DNA of 63,474 nt, the filler included, from Reticulomyxa filosa (taxonomy: Eukaryota > Protista > Foraminifera): NCBI GenBank assembly GCA_000512085.1. It is 20 parts of 20 records of this genome, joined end to end, with 100 filler letters (N's around TTAATTAATTAA, not from the genome) between each part and the next. Parts side by side here need not be neighbours in the genome. Positions count along the whole stretch, not along the records: positions 36,607 to 42,130 come from ASPP01013015.1; positions 42,231 to 47,723 come from ASPP01018696.1; positions 47,824 to 49,267 come from ASPP01041053.1; positions 49,368 to 50,553 come from ASPP01037150.1; 16 more parts are not named here. One strand, written 5' to 3'. The notes under the pieces are model-generated. The model saw nothing but the letters and a program-made list of their open reading frames with translations, was not told where the DNA came from and ran no database searches. Each line of letters starts with the position of its first letter. The first letter of the stretch is position 1. The position numbers and the translations under genes were made by a program. This document shows, in pieces, positions 37,611 through 50,653 of the stretch.

Positions 37611-39115
37611 ATGCGTTTGTTATGTTGCAAAAAAAAAAGTCAAGAAATAACTTCGTTTAAATCAGTTCAGAACTTATCATCAAATATACGAAACTATGCC
37701 GCAGTACATTACGTGCAGATGGACTCAGCTTCTTCGTCTCAGGATGAATCAGACAATACAATAGAAGAGCACCACGAAGACCAAACGACCTGTCAAAAAG
37801 ACAAAAACAATTGGAAGACAATGGATTAGAACCTATGACAAAATTTCAATGTAAAAAGATTAAAAGGATGGAATCATTCATCAAAAGAGATGATAGCCAA
37901 CTTGAATCAATCTTAAAACAAGACGAGCCTCGATTCATTTGGCAAGAGATGACTGTTAAAGAATAAAACGTATTTTGCTTGCAAATTCCGAAAAGCAATG
38001 TGAGTGTTTATTAAAAAAAAGATAGGAAAAGAGATTGCAATTCTTATAAGACATTGGCTATTGAGATTTGTGCAGACAGATTGGGGTTGGATTGAAGAAT
38101 TCAACAAAATAATTGCTAATTATGTTAAAGCAGTGTTTTGTTTTTTTATAATTACAAAGACAAAATATATACATATATACTTTTTGATCAGATCAGTCAA
38201 TATATTTTGAGTTTGTAAAAAAAAAAAAAAAAAGTTGATAATATCGAAGACTCCACAACATAATGATGTTGTGGAAAATATGCAATTTTCACCTGATGGC
38301 TCTATCGTTCTGTCATGCTCATGGGACAGGACAATTCGATTGTGGGATGTGGCATTGCAACAAGAGCAGAAAGTATTGAAAGGACACACCAAAGGTGTAA
38401 AGGGCGCACGCTTTTCCCAAATGGTATTTTTATTGTATCCTTTTCTTATGATAAGACTATTCGTCTATGGAATGTGGCATCAGGGAATGAGATAGAGATA
38501 ATTGCAGGTATTGTCACATTTGCGACATTTTCACCTGATAGTAACAAAATTTTATGGTGTTCTTATGATAAGATTATCCGATTATGGGATATTGCATCGA
38601 AAAAGGTAATGCAAAAATTTGAAGGACATTTGTCTATTGTGGAGGAAGCACAATTCTCAAATGATGGACTAACCATTGTATCTGCTTCTGCTGATCATAC
38701 TATTCGAATGTGGGATGTTGGATCTGGAAATATTTTGCGAGTGTTGCGAGGACACTTGGATAAGGTCACTGGAATACACTTTTCATTTGATGACCAAACT
38801 CTTGTATCATGCTCTTGGGATGAAACAATCCAACTTTGGGATGTCATATCAGGAAAAAGATTGAAACAAATAAAAGCACACACAAATGGTGTGACAAGAG
38901 TACAATTTTCACCAGACGGTCAAACTATTGTGTCATGTTCAGATGATAAAACAATTCGATTGTGGGATGTAAACTCAGGAAGAATGTTGCAACAATTGGA
39001 TGAACATTCTGATTTTGTCACTGGAGCACAATTTTCTCCAGATGGTCATGTTCTTGTGTCCAGTTCTTGGGATGGACGCATTCGATTTTGGAGGCGTTTT
39101 CAACAAACATATTAA
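37611..39115 (+). CDS. WD40-repeat protein (FSPDG-type repeats) with the 'IRHW..WGWIEEFNKIIANY' module; frameshift near 38415
   Basis: Seven regular repeats of the form GH..V....FSPDG..IVS.S.D.TIRLWDV. The 5' exon boundaries are uncertain. Confidence 0.8.
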
Positions 39116-39591
39116 AAAAAAAAAAAAAAACATAAAATCTAATTGTAAGTAATGCAATTCTTTTGGTGATCAACTAAAGTATTTTGTGCAGGGATACTTG
39201 TAGTGAAAATTGTTTCTTGTCGTTACTTTGTTTCACTCTCAAAATACAGATAATTCTAATATTAACTTTTGAAATTGTCTTCTTTAAAAAAGTGAAAGTG
39301 TTGATAGTACAACAAAGTTGTAGGAAAAAATACAGCGAAAAGGATACAATCGGACACAAAAAAAAAGATAATCCAAAAATGATTGCTTAAACATTTACAA
39401 TTTTATTCATGAAAAATATAACAGTTTTTAAAAATGATATCTACATACCCAAAAATGTATTTGTCACTTCAAAAACGAGCAAACTTGGAAGAATTATTTG
39501 GAATGGATGATAAAGCATAAATAGTTTCATTTTTTTGTTTAAGAAAATGTTTTTAATATAAAAAACTTAACAAATATAAAAAAAAAATGGA

Positions 39592-40467
39592 TTAATAAAT
39601 AAAAAATTTGCTTCCAGTATTGCGAGGTTGTTTGAGTTTGTCAATATTTTTGGTGTAAATATTGTAAAGACAGCAGTAGTGTATTTTTAAATCATTGCAC
39701 ATGCACTTTAGAACGGTATATTGTTGTAAATCAAAAAGAGTCAAAGCATGTTTGTAATTAAGAATTTGAGGATATTTGCAAATATCAGAAATGAGTCTTC
39801 CTCGCTCGACATGATAAGAAGATAAAACGGAATTAAATTTTTGGGCATTATTTTCCATCAGTGATATTACTTTTAACACTTCCTCTTGTACCCCAACACC
39901 AAAGTTATTTCCTTCTTGCATTTCAGGAACACACAAGGATATGCTTAATCTCATGTCGCTAGCAATTATAAGTACGTCATTGACCTCGCTGTTCATTTCA
40001 TCTATTATCGACATTAACCTTTCATTGCAACCATTGTCACTTCTCATTCGAATTTTTTCTTCTTCTGTGTACTTTTCTTTTTTTGTTGTGGTTTTGACGT
40101 CACCCCTTTTACCGTCCTTTTTTTTTCTTTTCGCTTGACTTCCTCCTCCATTATTTGTATTGCTGTCCTTTTCATCTACTTGGATTTCAATTGGACATGC
40201 CTTCTCCTTCTTCAACTCATCGCTGATCCTAGACACCAGCTGTCCCATTTTCTTCAGTTTTTCTGGAATCAAGACATTTATTAGGTCGTCCGCTTTATTT
40301 TGTGAAAACTTTTTCAACTCTTCCAAATCCGCTTTTATATCCGACCATTTCTGCTTTTGCTCTTTCGTTGCCAGTTTTTTGAAGTCATCAAACGAAAGTT
40401 GTTCTTTACTTTCAAAGTTTTGATTCAATAAAGTGGATACGGTTGATGATGATGACAAGGAAGTCAT
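39592..40467 (-). CDS. PSME3: Proteasome activator PA28/11S REG subunit
   Basis: Activation loop VPEMQEGNNFGVGVQEEV, YHVERG..KYP..Y, NIDKLKQPR..Y C-terminus, and a basic KEKE-like insert. Intronless. Confidence 0.9.
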   Translation of the reverse strand: MTSLSSSSTVSTLLNQNFESKEQLSFDDFKKLATKEQKQKWSDIKADLEELKKFSQNKADDLINVLIPEKLKKMGQLVSRISDELKKEKACPIEIQVDEKDSNTNNGGGSQAKRKKKDGKRGDVKTTTKKEKYTEEEKIRMRSDNGCNERLMSIIDEMNSEVNDVLIIASDMRLSISLCVPEMQEGNNFGVGVQEEVLKVISLMENNAQKFNSVLSSYHVERGRLISDICKYPQILNYKHALTLFDLQQYTVLKCMCNDLKIHYCCLYNIYTKNIDKLKQPRNTGSKFFIY

Positions 40468-40682
40468 TTTTTATTTCAAAATAATGATGGTAGCCCCTCC
40501 CCCTCAGTTCCTCAAGAGAGAAATATAAACACTTTTTTTTTAATGGTCCAAATTCACTTTAATGTGACAGTTATTTGTTAGCAGAAAATTTTTTTTGGTG
40601 CTAACCAAATAATTAAAATAAAACAAGTCATAAAGAAAAAAAAGGGTAGATAACAAAATTGACAGAATTTTCGTTAAAAAAA

Positions 40683-41885
40683 CTACAACTTTTGAACAAT
40701 ACAATTATCAATTTTTCTACTTTGAACAATGACAAATCCAGGAATAGAATGGATTAGCAATTTATTTCCTGCAGTCAGATAGCGATTTTGTTCAGATTCG
40801 CCAAAGACTTTTTCCAATTGTAGGCAATTTTGCCGATGTGTTTCAAACAAATCGACGGCAAGAGTGGAGTGAATATTTGCTGGTGTCAGAGGATGAGTGG
40901 TATTGAACATATAGCCTTTACCAGAGGTTCTCTTAAAAAATCAACAAAAGCATATTTTGCCAAAAAGATTTCGACTTTTGATACGCCAACGCGTTGTTTA
41001 TTGCATCCCAACTCATTTATTATCGTTGCATTGTTACCATGAAGCACACACTGATGAACAATATCCCAAACAATTACCGAGTCTTTGCCTGAAAACTCAG
41101 ATACTAATTGCAAATCCTTTGCAACACTGTTTTTTTTTTTTTAATTAACAATATGAACTATTCACTATCGAAAATTTTTGCCCCTTTCATGGAAAATAGC
41201 AATAACAATGATCAAACAAAAATTAAAAAAAAAAAAAAAAAAAAAACAAACCTTTTTCTGGGTATGTACGGCGAGACCCCTTCTAAAATGAAGACAGTTT
41301 TGAGAAGAGGGTTATATCCGTGTTGCAATAGCAAAGCTTTGACATCGAAAAGTGGATCATTGAAATCGATGGATATGAATTTGTAATAATGCAATGATTG
41401 AACATTGAGTCCATTGGCAGCAAAGATGTCCATTTTTTTTGCTGAGTAAACGAATAGTCTAACTCGAAGACATTGACATTGGACGATGCGTTGATCAAGC
41501 GAAGGCCACGCGTGTCATACCCTGCGCCGAGAATCACTAATTGTCTTGGCTCATCTTTGCTGTCTTGTAACAACTCCTTCGTCACGAGTTCGTCGATGAT
41601 AAAAGTTCGTGCAATGGGCTCTGCCAACACACATCCACTGTCGACGCGTTGACAAAACGTATACAATAGCCATCGGAAATATGGATACTCCACCATGAAC
41701 ACGACTTGTGGGTGGCTGAAATATCGCGACATTGTGTCACTCCCACGGAGTTCATATGGGTGGTATGTCGAACCATAACGCAGTGTTGCCACTCCCATCG
41801 CTGTTAATTTGTCTTTACTCTTCATTGCACTCACTCTATTCACAACACATTTTCTCTCTTCCCTTACTTTACTCACTGTCGTCAT
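40683..41885 (-). CDS. LCM-family SAM-dependent methyltransferase; frameshift in the homopolymer at about 41435, intron about 41121-41250
   Basis: IARTFIIDE, RQLVILGAGYDTRGLRL, VFELD, ISIDF, TVFILEGVSPYI. Confidence 0.85.
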
Positions 41886-42459
41886 GTTCCCTTTTGGTCA
41901 TCAAGTGTTTTGTACTCACTTAACAATTCTCCCAGCAAAAATAGTCCCAATGATACCAGGAGTAGCAATATACCGGGTAATATTATCGATCTCATTGCTC
42001 AATCAATACAAACCACTGTAAATTTAAAAAAAAAATCTTGATGTGGTCCTATCCTCTTTTTAAAAAATAATTCTATGCAGTTTTTTGGTCGCAACATGCT
42101 CTGTTCTTGCTTTTAAGAATGTTGTAAGTGNNNNNNNNNNNNNNNNNNNNNNNNNNNNNNNNNNNNNNNNNNNNTTAATTAATTAANNNNNNNNNNNNNN
42201 NNNNNNNNNNNNNNNNNNNNNNNNNNNNNNATCAAATTATGGATATGCAATAAGTTGTGTTGCCATATACGTAGAGCCACTTTTTTTTTTTTTTTTGCAA
42301 AGCATTTGTGTTTTTTGGAAAAAAAAATGAATTCATTTCTGTTTCGAGAATTGTTTGCTGATGACGTGTTCCGACACGAGAAAAAAAAATATATTTGAAA
42401 GTTATATTTGTAATCATTGATTGACACCTTTGTTATTGTTGTTGTTGTAATTTTAGATT

Positions 42460-42980
42460 TTGAGTTGGAAGGAGCAATAAACCGTGATTGGGGCAACACG
42501 TCATTGCCAAGCTCAGAAAAGTCATGTGTTGGATCCCCCAAAAGCAGCACGAGTAGCGATGGGCGGACGGAGTTGTACGATGGTCTTTGTCTGGCACAGC
42601 ATAGTGAAAATGAAGAAAGATCAGAAGACGACTGGAGTGATACTGGTTTTGCTCCGTGTACACAAACGGGTTTGGATGACATGCAAACATGGGGAGCGAC
42701 ACTGGTGTGTCCATCTGCCGTTTCTGAAACATTGCACTCGTTGGACTACTATCCCATTAAGCCAATTCAACTGTCAGATACTAGTGAATGGAATAGTAGA
42801 CTTTATATCAATAAGCTGCAGCTGCAACTGGCCGGGGACCATGTTGAAGCGCAACTTTTACACTTTGATAGGCTACACCGCCTTTACACTGATGTATTAA
42901 CCCCTACGTATACTGCACAAGAACTTCGAGAGCTTGATGAACTTGAAATGATGCGTCGAACTGTTGGTAGTCGAAATTAA
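42460..42980 (+). CDS. Hypothetical protein, terminal exon
   Basis: GC-elevated open frame after a TTTTAG acceptor, ending in TAA before poly-T. No recognisable domain. Confidence 0.45.
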
Positions 42981-45296
42981 CAATTGTTTTTTTTTTTTTT
43001 TTTTTTTGAACAGTTTTTTGTTTTGATGATAATTTGCAAATGCTTAGGGTATTATCAGCTGTATAAATAACAACAACAACAAAAATTGTGTCTGTTCCTT
43101 TCTCGGTTTACGCTTTCTGGAAAGGAGGGAGGGGAGACCCAACATTTGCGCCAAATTTGAGCGCTTTGTATTTTGATAATATTTAAATAAAAAAAAAAAC
43201 CAAAAACCAAAAAAAACCACGTTTCGTTTGGTTATGTAAGCAGTTGTTTTTGTTTATTTATTTTTTTTTTTTGTATTTTCTTTTTTGTTGGTTGGTATTG
43301 TTTTATAGTTGTCTTAATGAGTACACTTCTGCCTTGTGGCCCACCGCAAGAAAAAAAAAAAAAAAGAAATAAAAACAACATTTTTTTAAAAGTATCCTAT
43401 TTGATTGAACATTGAATTTAACCAAGAACGGACATTTTCATTGCCGTTTTTGGTATTTATTTACTTATTGATTTTTTCTCAAGTTCACGTGGTGTCATTC
43501 AGTTAGAATTTTCAGATAGATATAAAACAAACAGTTGGAAAGAAACGGTAGACTTTATTTACAACAGCTTTTCGCAGCTTGCAGCCTAATTGAACTTTGA
43601 GACTGGTGTTGGTTGTCGGAGTTTCAAGATTTGATAACACATAGTCTTAGTAAGCACGTTTTCGACTCAAAAAAATGCTATGTGAGTAAATGTCCGCACT
43701 TTATAAAGTTAATTCTGACTCAAACGGACTTATATACTCAAATTAACTAACTAACTTGTACGTTTCAGATGCCCACATAGTAAAAAAAGACACTGGCACT
43801 TTCGGCAGACATTTTTCAGTGTTGTATTGTTATCAAAGAAATGCTGACAACATCGGTAATCACGTGAAGTCAATGAAAGATCAAACTGAAAATTCTTATG
43901 TCAAATCACAATGTATGTTGTTCCATATAGTGCGAATGAAAGAACAAAACCAGTCATTTTTGTTATGAATGTCAATATTAATATTTAATTTTATGTAACT
44001 ATAAAAATTATAAGTTATGGATGTGTCATATTCAAACTAATAAACAAACAAAATGCTTTTTGTACAATAAATTCTTTAATAAAAAATTTCAAAAAACATG
44101 TTTGTGATGACAATATTTGAAAAATTTCTAAGTCTAAAAAACGTATTTAAGAAGGAAATCGAAACAACACTAAGAGAAAATGAAATTTATCGTGCATTTA
44201 CGCGTCAATGAATATGCTTGATATATTGCAATGTATATTGATAATGACTGTACAAGTTAAGTTTTAAAATGTAAATTTGTTTAATTTTATGTTTTTTGGT
44301 TTTGAGTTTAATAATAATACAATATTCACTGTACTATTTAAAGCAATTTCCACAATATAAACATTTAATATAAAATTTAAACAAAAAAAAATTAATTAAA
44401 TATAACATATTTTTCCCAAATCATACTAACTGCAATATAATATATCATTTGGAACTCAAATTTACTATTCAATATATAAGTTTAAGTTCAAATATGTTGA
44501 ATTTAAAACAAAGTTCGTAATTTTATATTAAAAAAATTGACAAAGATCATATTTATTTCACTTTTTTATGAACGCAATTGTAAAATAAATATATACATTT
44601 ATACAAAAATTTGTTCTAATTCGATACTTGTCCAATGACTAGTCATTTAATAAAAATACTTGACAATAAAATTTTTATGTCATTGAGAAAAAAAATTTTT
44701 AAAATAGTAAAGTAAACTATGCATAATTGCTTGTAATATACCATTGATTTTAAATAGCAGGATATTACAATTAAAATTGAACAAAACTCTCCGAAAATTT
44801 CTTGATATACAGCTTCGTCCACAATCAATGAACTTCTACATTTTCTATACAATTAGCTTTGCAACAAAAGTGGTTAGTATATATTCAAATCGTCGTGTTG
44901 TGATTTGAGTCAAAAAGCTTGTTGAAAAGATACATAACAACAAGAATGCAAAAATTGTTGTAAAATGAACATGTTTTGATATCTTATGGTGGAGCAAAGT
45001 TGACAGAAGTGACATTAAGATGGCGATATTGCACAAGGGAGGAAATATTTTGCATATTTCAAAGGGTGTCCACCACGAAACCTCAAAGTCGAAAAATCCA
45101 AAAAAAAACACAAAAAAATAAACAAACCAAAAAAAAAAAGACATGCAAACAAGGCCAATTTTTTTGACAAAACTCCGTTCAACAAAAAGGTAAAATTTTT
45201 AATGAACGGGGGAAAAGATGAGGAAAAAAAAGGGGGGGGGAGGGGGCGTAGAAAGCGCAAAAAAAAAAAGGAACAAAAAATATGGAGAATTTTTGG

Positions 45297-46137
45297 TTAA
45301 GAATCTTCTTTGGAATCGTTACATTCTTTTTCCCACTCCAATAGCTGCTTAACAAACCCTCGATTAGGATTGATTTCTTTACGGCACTGTTTCAGAAGCG
45401 TATAGGCTTCTTGATAATTCAAACAACACTTTTTGATCAAGTAGGCAATGACAATAGTGGCCGAACGTGAAACGCCCATATTGCAATGCACTAACACCGA
45501 CTTTTTGTGTTCAAACAAAGTTTCGTCGATAAGTTTGTATGCTTTATGAAATACTTGTTTGATGGGAAAGTCTTCTCTATCCACAACATTTTGAAACCAA
45601 TGATACGTAATTTTTTCGTGCTGATGAGACTGTGGGACACCATTGTTTGAAAATGATATTACCACTGTTATGTCACATTGCAACAAATCGTCATGGAATT
45701 TTTTTTCTGTGGCGCTCAGCGCTCCTATGTGCAAGCGACCATATTCTCCTGTGCAATCCTCCTTCTTTTTCGTTGGTACTCGCTCATGAAAGTTTACGTA
45801 GTCGAACAACGAGCCCAAATTCTCCACTATATGAATTTTTTCAGGACTGACTGGTTTTTTTTTGTCCAATTGTTTCAACACCCACATACTCATCCGTTTC
45901 GGCCCACAATTTTTTCAATCTAAAAAAAAAACAAGAGAATGCTCAGAGATACTTTGCTCTGGTCACATTTGTCTTCGCTTTCTTCTGCTTCGAATTTGTA
46001 AATGTCTTTTGCTTACCTTTCCGAAGCTTGTGTGTTGTTAGCAACTCTGCCAGCAAATTCTTGTCAATATGGCGAACTTCAGACTCACTATCAGGCTCAA
46101 TATCAGGGTTTTGTGTCATTTGGCGATTATGATACAA
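45297..46137 (-). CDS. Dual-specificity protein phosphatase (2 exons)
   Basis: LHIGALSA and VLVHCNMGVSRSATIVIAYL..INPNRGFVKQL (HCX5R signature). Confidence 0.92.
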
Positions 46138-46450
46138 GATATTATAAGAAAATTATTGAAGTGGATCCTGGTTTTTAGGAAAACGCTAAAGAGACACACC
46201 GTTCTACTTTGCATGCTCGAACACCCTTGGCTAAAAAATTTTTTGATCATATGTTTCGTAGTACACTTTGCAAGTGAGTAGAATAGACGAAACAAAAATG
46301 TGTAAATTAGCGACTTGAGACGATCAAAGAAGGGTTAGTTTGGGAACGAAGATTTTTTTATTTTGAACATTCATAGGTTACAAAAATCTTCAGAGTGTTA
46401 TTCACTCTGGCTCTACTTGTTTTTTGCGTAGTCTGCAAATCGAAGCATCA

Positions 46451-47237
46451 ATGTCGTTGAGGATTGAGAAGATATCAAAAGATGGCAAATCAAGTCTGCA
46501 CAGTTTCAACAAAGTGAACGAGGAACAGAAGTGGTTGGAACAAAAAAAAAAGCGCATAATGATTGATATTCCTGGTTTGAAAAATATGTCATCCATTGTT
46601 TGTACGTGTTTCTTCCTCCCTCCAACTTTGGAGGGTGTAAAAAAAAGAAAACAAGTAATAAACAAACAAACAAACAAAAAAATGAATAAAGATTTGCGAT
46701 TGAAATGCCCACGTTGCCCGCAAGTATTTAGTAGTCAAAAAGAAGTATGTAGACATTTGAGGTTGCATCCCAATCCAAAGGCGTGCCCATATTGTGAACA
46801 CATTGTTTCGTGCATGTACAATCGCCATTGCATTTGCGAACACAACATATACATACACAAACTAAAAGTTTTTTTTTAAAAAAAAAAAAATTATAGATGA
46901 CAACATCAATTTTTTTTTTTTGGATGGGGGGGGGGGGGGAAAGTCCGTTACAGAACAAAATTTGATAAAACATGTGCGCATTCATACTGGCGAAAGACCA
47001 TACGCATGCCCAGAGCCAGGATGTGTGTGGGCCTTTAAACAAAAAGGAGACCTTCTCTCACATATCAAACGAGGAACCCATGGAGGAGTTATCTTTCTTT
47101 TCATCCTCTCTCTTTCACACATGTGTTTGTTTGATAAATATCTATATACAATTTAATTAATCTTTTTTTTCTTAAAAAAAAAAAATTTGTTTTGTCAGCA
47201 AAAAGTTTTAAAAACACACCAAAAAAAAAAAATGATA

Positions 47238-47274
<37 letters not shown>

Positions 47275-47723
47275 TGAAATGCCGGAAATAAAATAACAGA
47301 AATCAAAGAATCATAAAAAACCACCGCGACAGAAGCTTTGCAATGGGATGACTAGTTTACCGGAGGTGATATCGCTGCCGACCCAAGAGCGCTGTGGAAA
47401 GAATGAGAAGGAGCGCGAGAGCGAGGAGACGAAAGAGACAGCTCCACGCGCGAGCAAACGACGGAGTGCAGCTGCACCAAGCAAATCTCGGACGAGCAGC
47501 TTGGAGCCGTTTGCGATATTCGCTCCTCCAAAGGTGGCCATCGCGCCGCTGTTAGAAATGAACCTGTTTTCCGAGTTCGAGGGTGTCGACGCAATGGAGC
47601 AGTCGGCGTTGGCCTTTTCTGACTTTGCGACATTGCAGTCAGTCCCAATGGTCAATGGTAATGCAGAGAGTCCCCATGTTGTTGTTCAATTGATTCAACG
47701 AAACAATAATAATAATAATAATA
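46451..47723 (+). CDS. C2H2 zinc-finger protein, multi-exon, 3' truncated
   Basis: [54 protein letters not shown], with a canonical TGERP linker. Confidence 0.88.
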
Positions 47724-48956
47724 NNNNNNNNNNNNNNNNNNNNNNNNNNNNNNNNNNNNNNNNNNNNTTAATTAATTAANNNNNNNNNNNNNNNNNNNNN
47801 NNNNNNNNNNNNNNNNNNNNNNNGTCAGCTACTTTATGTTCTTTTATAGTTGACTAAATGAGCAAAAATCTATCGTCATATTGGTTGTATAAATGTTCTC
47901 TCTATCTCATTGTAAGCTCATAAAAAGATTGACATTAAAAAAAGTACTCTTTGAAAATAAAAAAAACTAGTCAAAATTTTTGGAATGACTTAATTTGAAA
48001 AAATAAAATTGTGATTTCTTACCAAAATCATATAACTCAATGACATCATTATAAACACAAGATTAGTTTTAAAAGTGGAAGTAATAACACTATTTTCAAA
48101 AATGACGCATCAATAAAAAGAAGAATACGATACATTAAAATAGATGAAGATATAAGAGATATTAATGGAAACGAATCAGAAAATAGCAACAGCTTTGAAG
48201 TTCCTGATTCAGTTTTTGAAAATGAAGGCTAATATTAAATGCAATAAATATTTTTTTTTATGCTTTTGCATTTGAAGACGTTGCTTTGTCATTCATTGAC
48301 AAAGTAGTTAAAAACAGGTTATTGCTTTTCAACAACTTCAAATTTAGAAATTTCATTCAATAATATACATACAACTTTATTCATATAATTAAAGAAATTA
48401 ATTAGGTCTTTTATTTATTTAATATTTTGCAACTACTTGTAAAGTTACACATTGACAACATTGTTAAGAGTTGGCTAAGCAATGATAATAGCAACTTCAA
48501 AATGCTGAATACAAAGTTCCAGATTCAACAAGATAATATTCCAATGTTGAACACAGTCGTGGTTACAAAGACTACATAATTTATTGTCACAATTAGAAAT
48601 ACTATAGTATCTTCTGTTTTTTTTTCAAGCAAATATGACTAAAAGTATTATACTGGTTGTCAAAAAAAGCGCTCCAATGTTGTTATTATTTCGGGAGTCT
48701 TGCAACATCCAAGCTTCACTGAGATCTACATTATCAATAATTGTATCACGATCAAATCGAATGCATCTCCGACAGATTTCCAATAAAACACTTGTGGAAA
48801 ATGTAAGCCCTAAGCCCTTATTGTATAGAACTTTTTTTTAGTTATCTTTTTTTAATGACGAAAATTGTTTAGGTTGGTTAATGTTTTATTTATTTATTTA
48901 AAATTTACAAATGCACATTAAAAATGTTTTAATTTAATGTTAGAGAACTTACAAAT

Positions 48957-49267
48957 TTAATGCACTTTTGTATTTATGTTTTTTCTATCCTTTTCGACAA
49001 ATGGCAAACCATTGTTTATAATATTTAATGCTGCATGTTCAAAAGCCGTTTGATTTTTGTATTTATCAGAAAGAAATATACAGAATAAATTGACATTGTG
49101 ATTACAGCAGCGTCTTTCCAAAAACTCATTTATTCTTTTTTTGTAATTTTGCTCATTATTATTTCGAAATTTCCATTGTTCAAATTCAGACAATAATACA
49201 ATTGCTTTATTAATATCTTCTCCACAGTTATAGTTCAGTACAACATAAAAAAGATTCAAATCAATTT
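48957..49267 (-). CDS. Hypothetical protein C-terminus (lineage-specific helical domain)
   Basis: Open 100-aa frame running from the contig edge to a stop. No recognisable domain. Confidence 0.45.
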
Positions 49268-49367
49268 NNNNNNNNNNNNNNNNNNNNNNNNNNNNNNNNN
49301 NNNNNNNNNNNTTAATTAATTAANNNNNNNNNNNNNNNNNNNNNNNNNNNNNNNNNNNNNNNNNNNN

Positions 49368-50553
49368 AAAAAATTTTAATGATATTGAGCCAAGGATAAT
49401 TGAGTGTTGCGTTCGAACATTTAATGGAAAAATTAATTGACAGTAATGGCAAGGTAGAGGTAGCTTTACAAAGATTTGGATGAAATTCATTTAGATACCA
49501 CTTTCAAATATTTAATGAATGGTTTGAAACATGTTTATAAATTATTTTTTACCTTATTGACAGCAAAGCCAATGAAATGGAGTTAAGTACAATTGAATAA
49601 TCTTTTTATGTATTTGATAAATAATGAATATAAATACAAGAATGAATGTGCTCGTTATTCATACGCACAGGCAATTCAAAAATGTTTATTATTGCAATTG
49701 CAATTACAATTGGATAGAAAACAATTGGACAATGATGTTTTCAATTATTTGGTGAATGAACTCGAATACGATTCAAGTAATAATGCTCAGTATTCATATG
49801 CAAAATCATTTGGAAGGATGTCATCACAATTGAATGAAGCTTGGAAAGGATTAAATAACAAATTAGATGATAAAAAAGAAGATATCCGTTCAGACATTTA
49901 AAAATGTCTTAATGAAATGCAAAGAAAATCAATTTGATAATATCATTGCCTGTTGGAGATATATTAGGATAATTAAAAAAAACTGACTTTCGTATTTAAC
50001 TTTTGGAGAGACACATTCGACGAGTCTGATGATTGCATTAACGATTCATACACAAGTAAATTTGAAATCATAGCAATAAAATTGAATAACAAGCAATTAT
50101 GTTTATTGACAAATGATCTTTTGCAAAGATTGAAAAATATAAAAATGTAGATTTAGCGTTATCAGGAATACCAGATGATATGTGGAGACGGGTTACAATT
50201 ATTGCATTGGAAGAAAATATAAAAACGAAAACAAAAAAGAAAGATATTAAAATGAAATTACTGTGGCATTTGGTTTGTTGCGATATAATCGTCATATTTA
50301 CTTCAATTCCAATGATAAAATTGATAAAATTGACAATATAATCAATTTTGATGCTTTTAATACATTGAAGTTTTATCACGATAAACAAACCAGGGAACAG
50401 AATTTTTCAATTCAACAAAAATGGGATGGTTATGGTACTTTACAAATTAATCCTCAATTAAAACGATCAAATAGTAATATACATAAAAATCGTTATACCT
50501 CCATTTATGAAGCAGCACAATTGGGTAATGTATCAAAACTGAAATCGGAATTG
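49368..50553 (+). pseudogene. Degraded HEAT-like repeat protein leading into an ankyrin repeat
   Basis: Repeated QLD..F.YL.N.L..R.S.A..(G) units with stops and frameshifts; the contig ends in TSIYEAAQLGNVSKLKSEL (ankyrin-like). Confidence 0.55.
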
Positions 50554-50653
50554 NNNNNNNNNNNNNNNNNNNNNNNNNNNNNNNNNNNNNNNNNNNNTTA
50601 ATTAATTAANNNNNNNNNNNNNNNNNNNNNNNNNNNNNNNNNNNNNNNNNNNN

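Noticed and set aside
41420-41445. Programmed ribosomal frameshifting at A/T runs (also 13264, 38415, 7100)
   Set aside because: Single-base shifts in or near homopolymers are better explained by sequencing error or pseudogenisation. No stimulatory structure was seen.
44643-44852. LIVDEAVYQE resembling a PLP-aminotransferase motif
   Set aside because: An isolated short match with no other family motifs.
48460-48790. Faint ARF/small-GTPase-like fragments on the minus strand
   Set aside because: No intact P-loop or DxxG motif, so too degraded to support.
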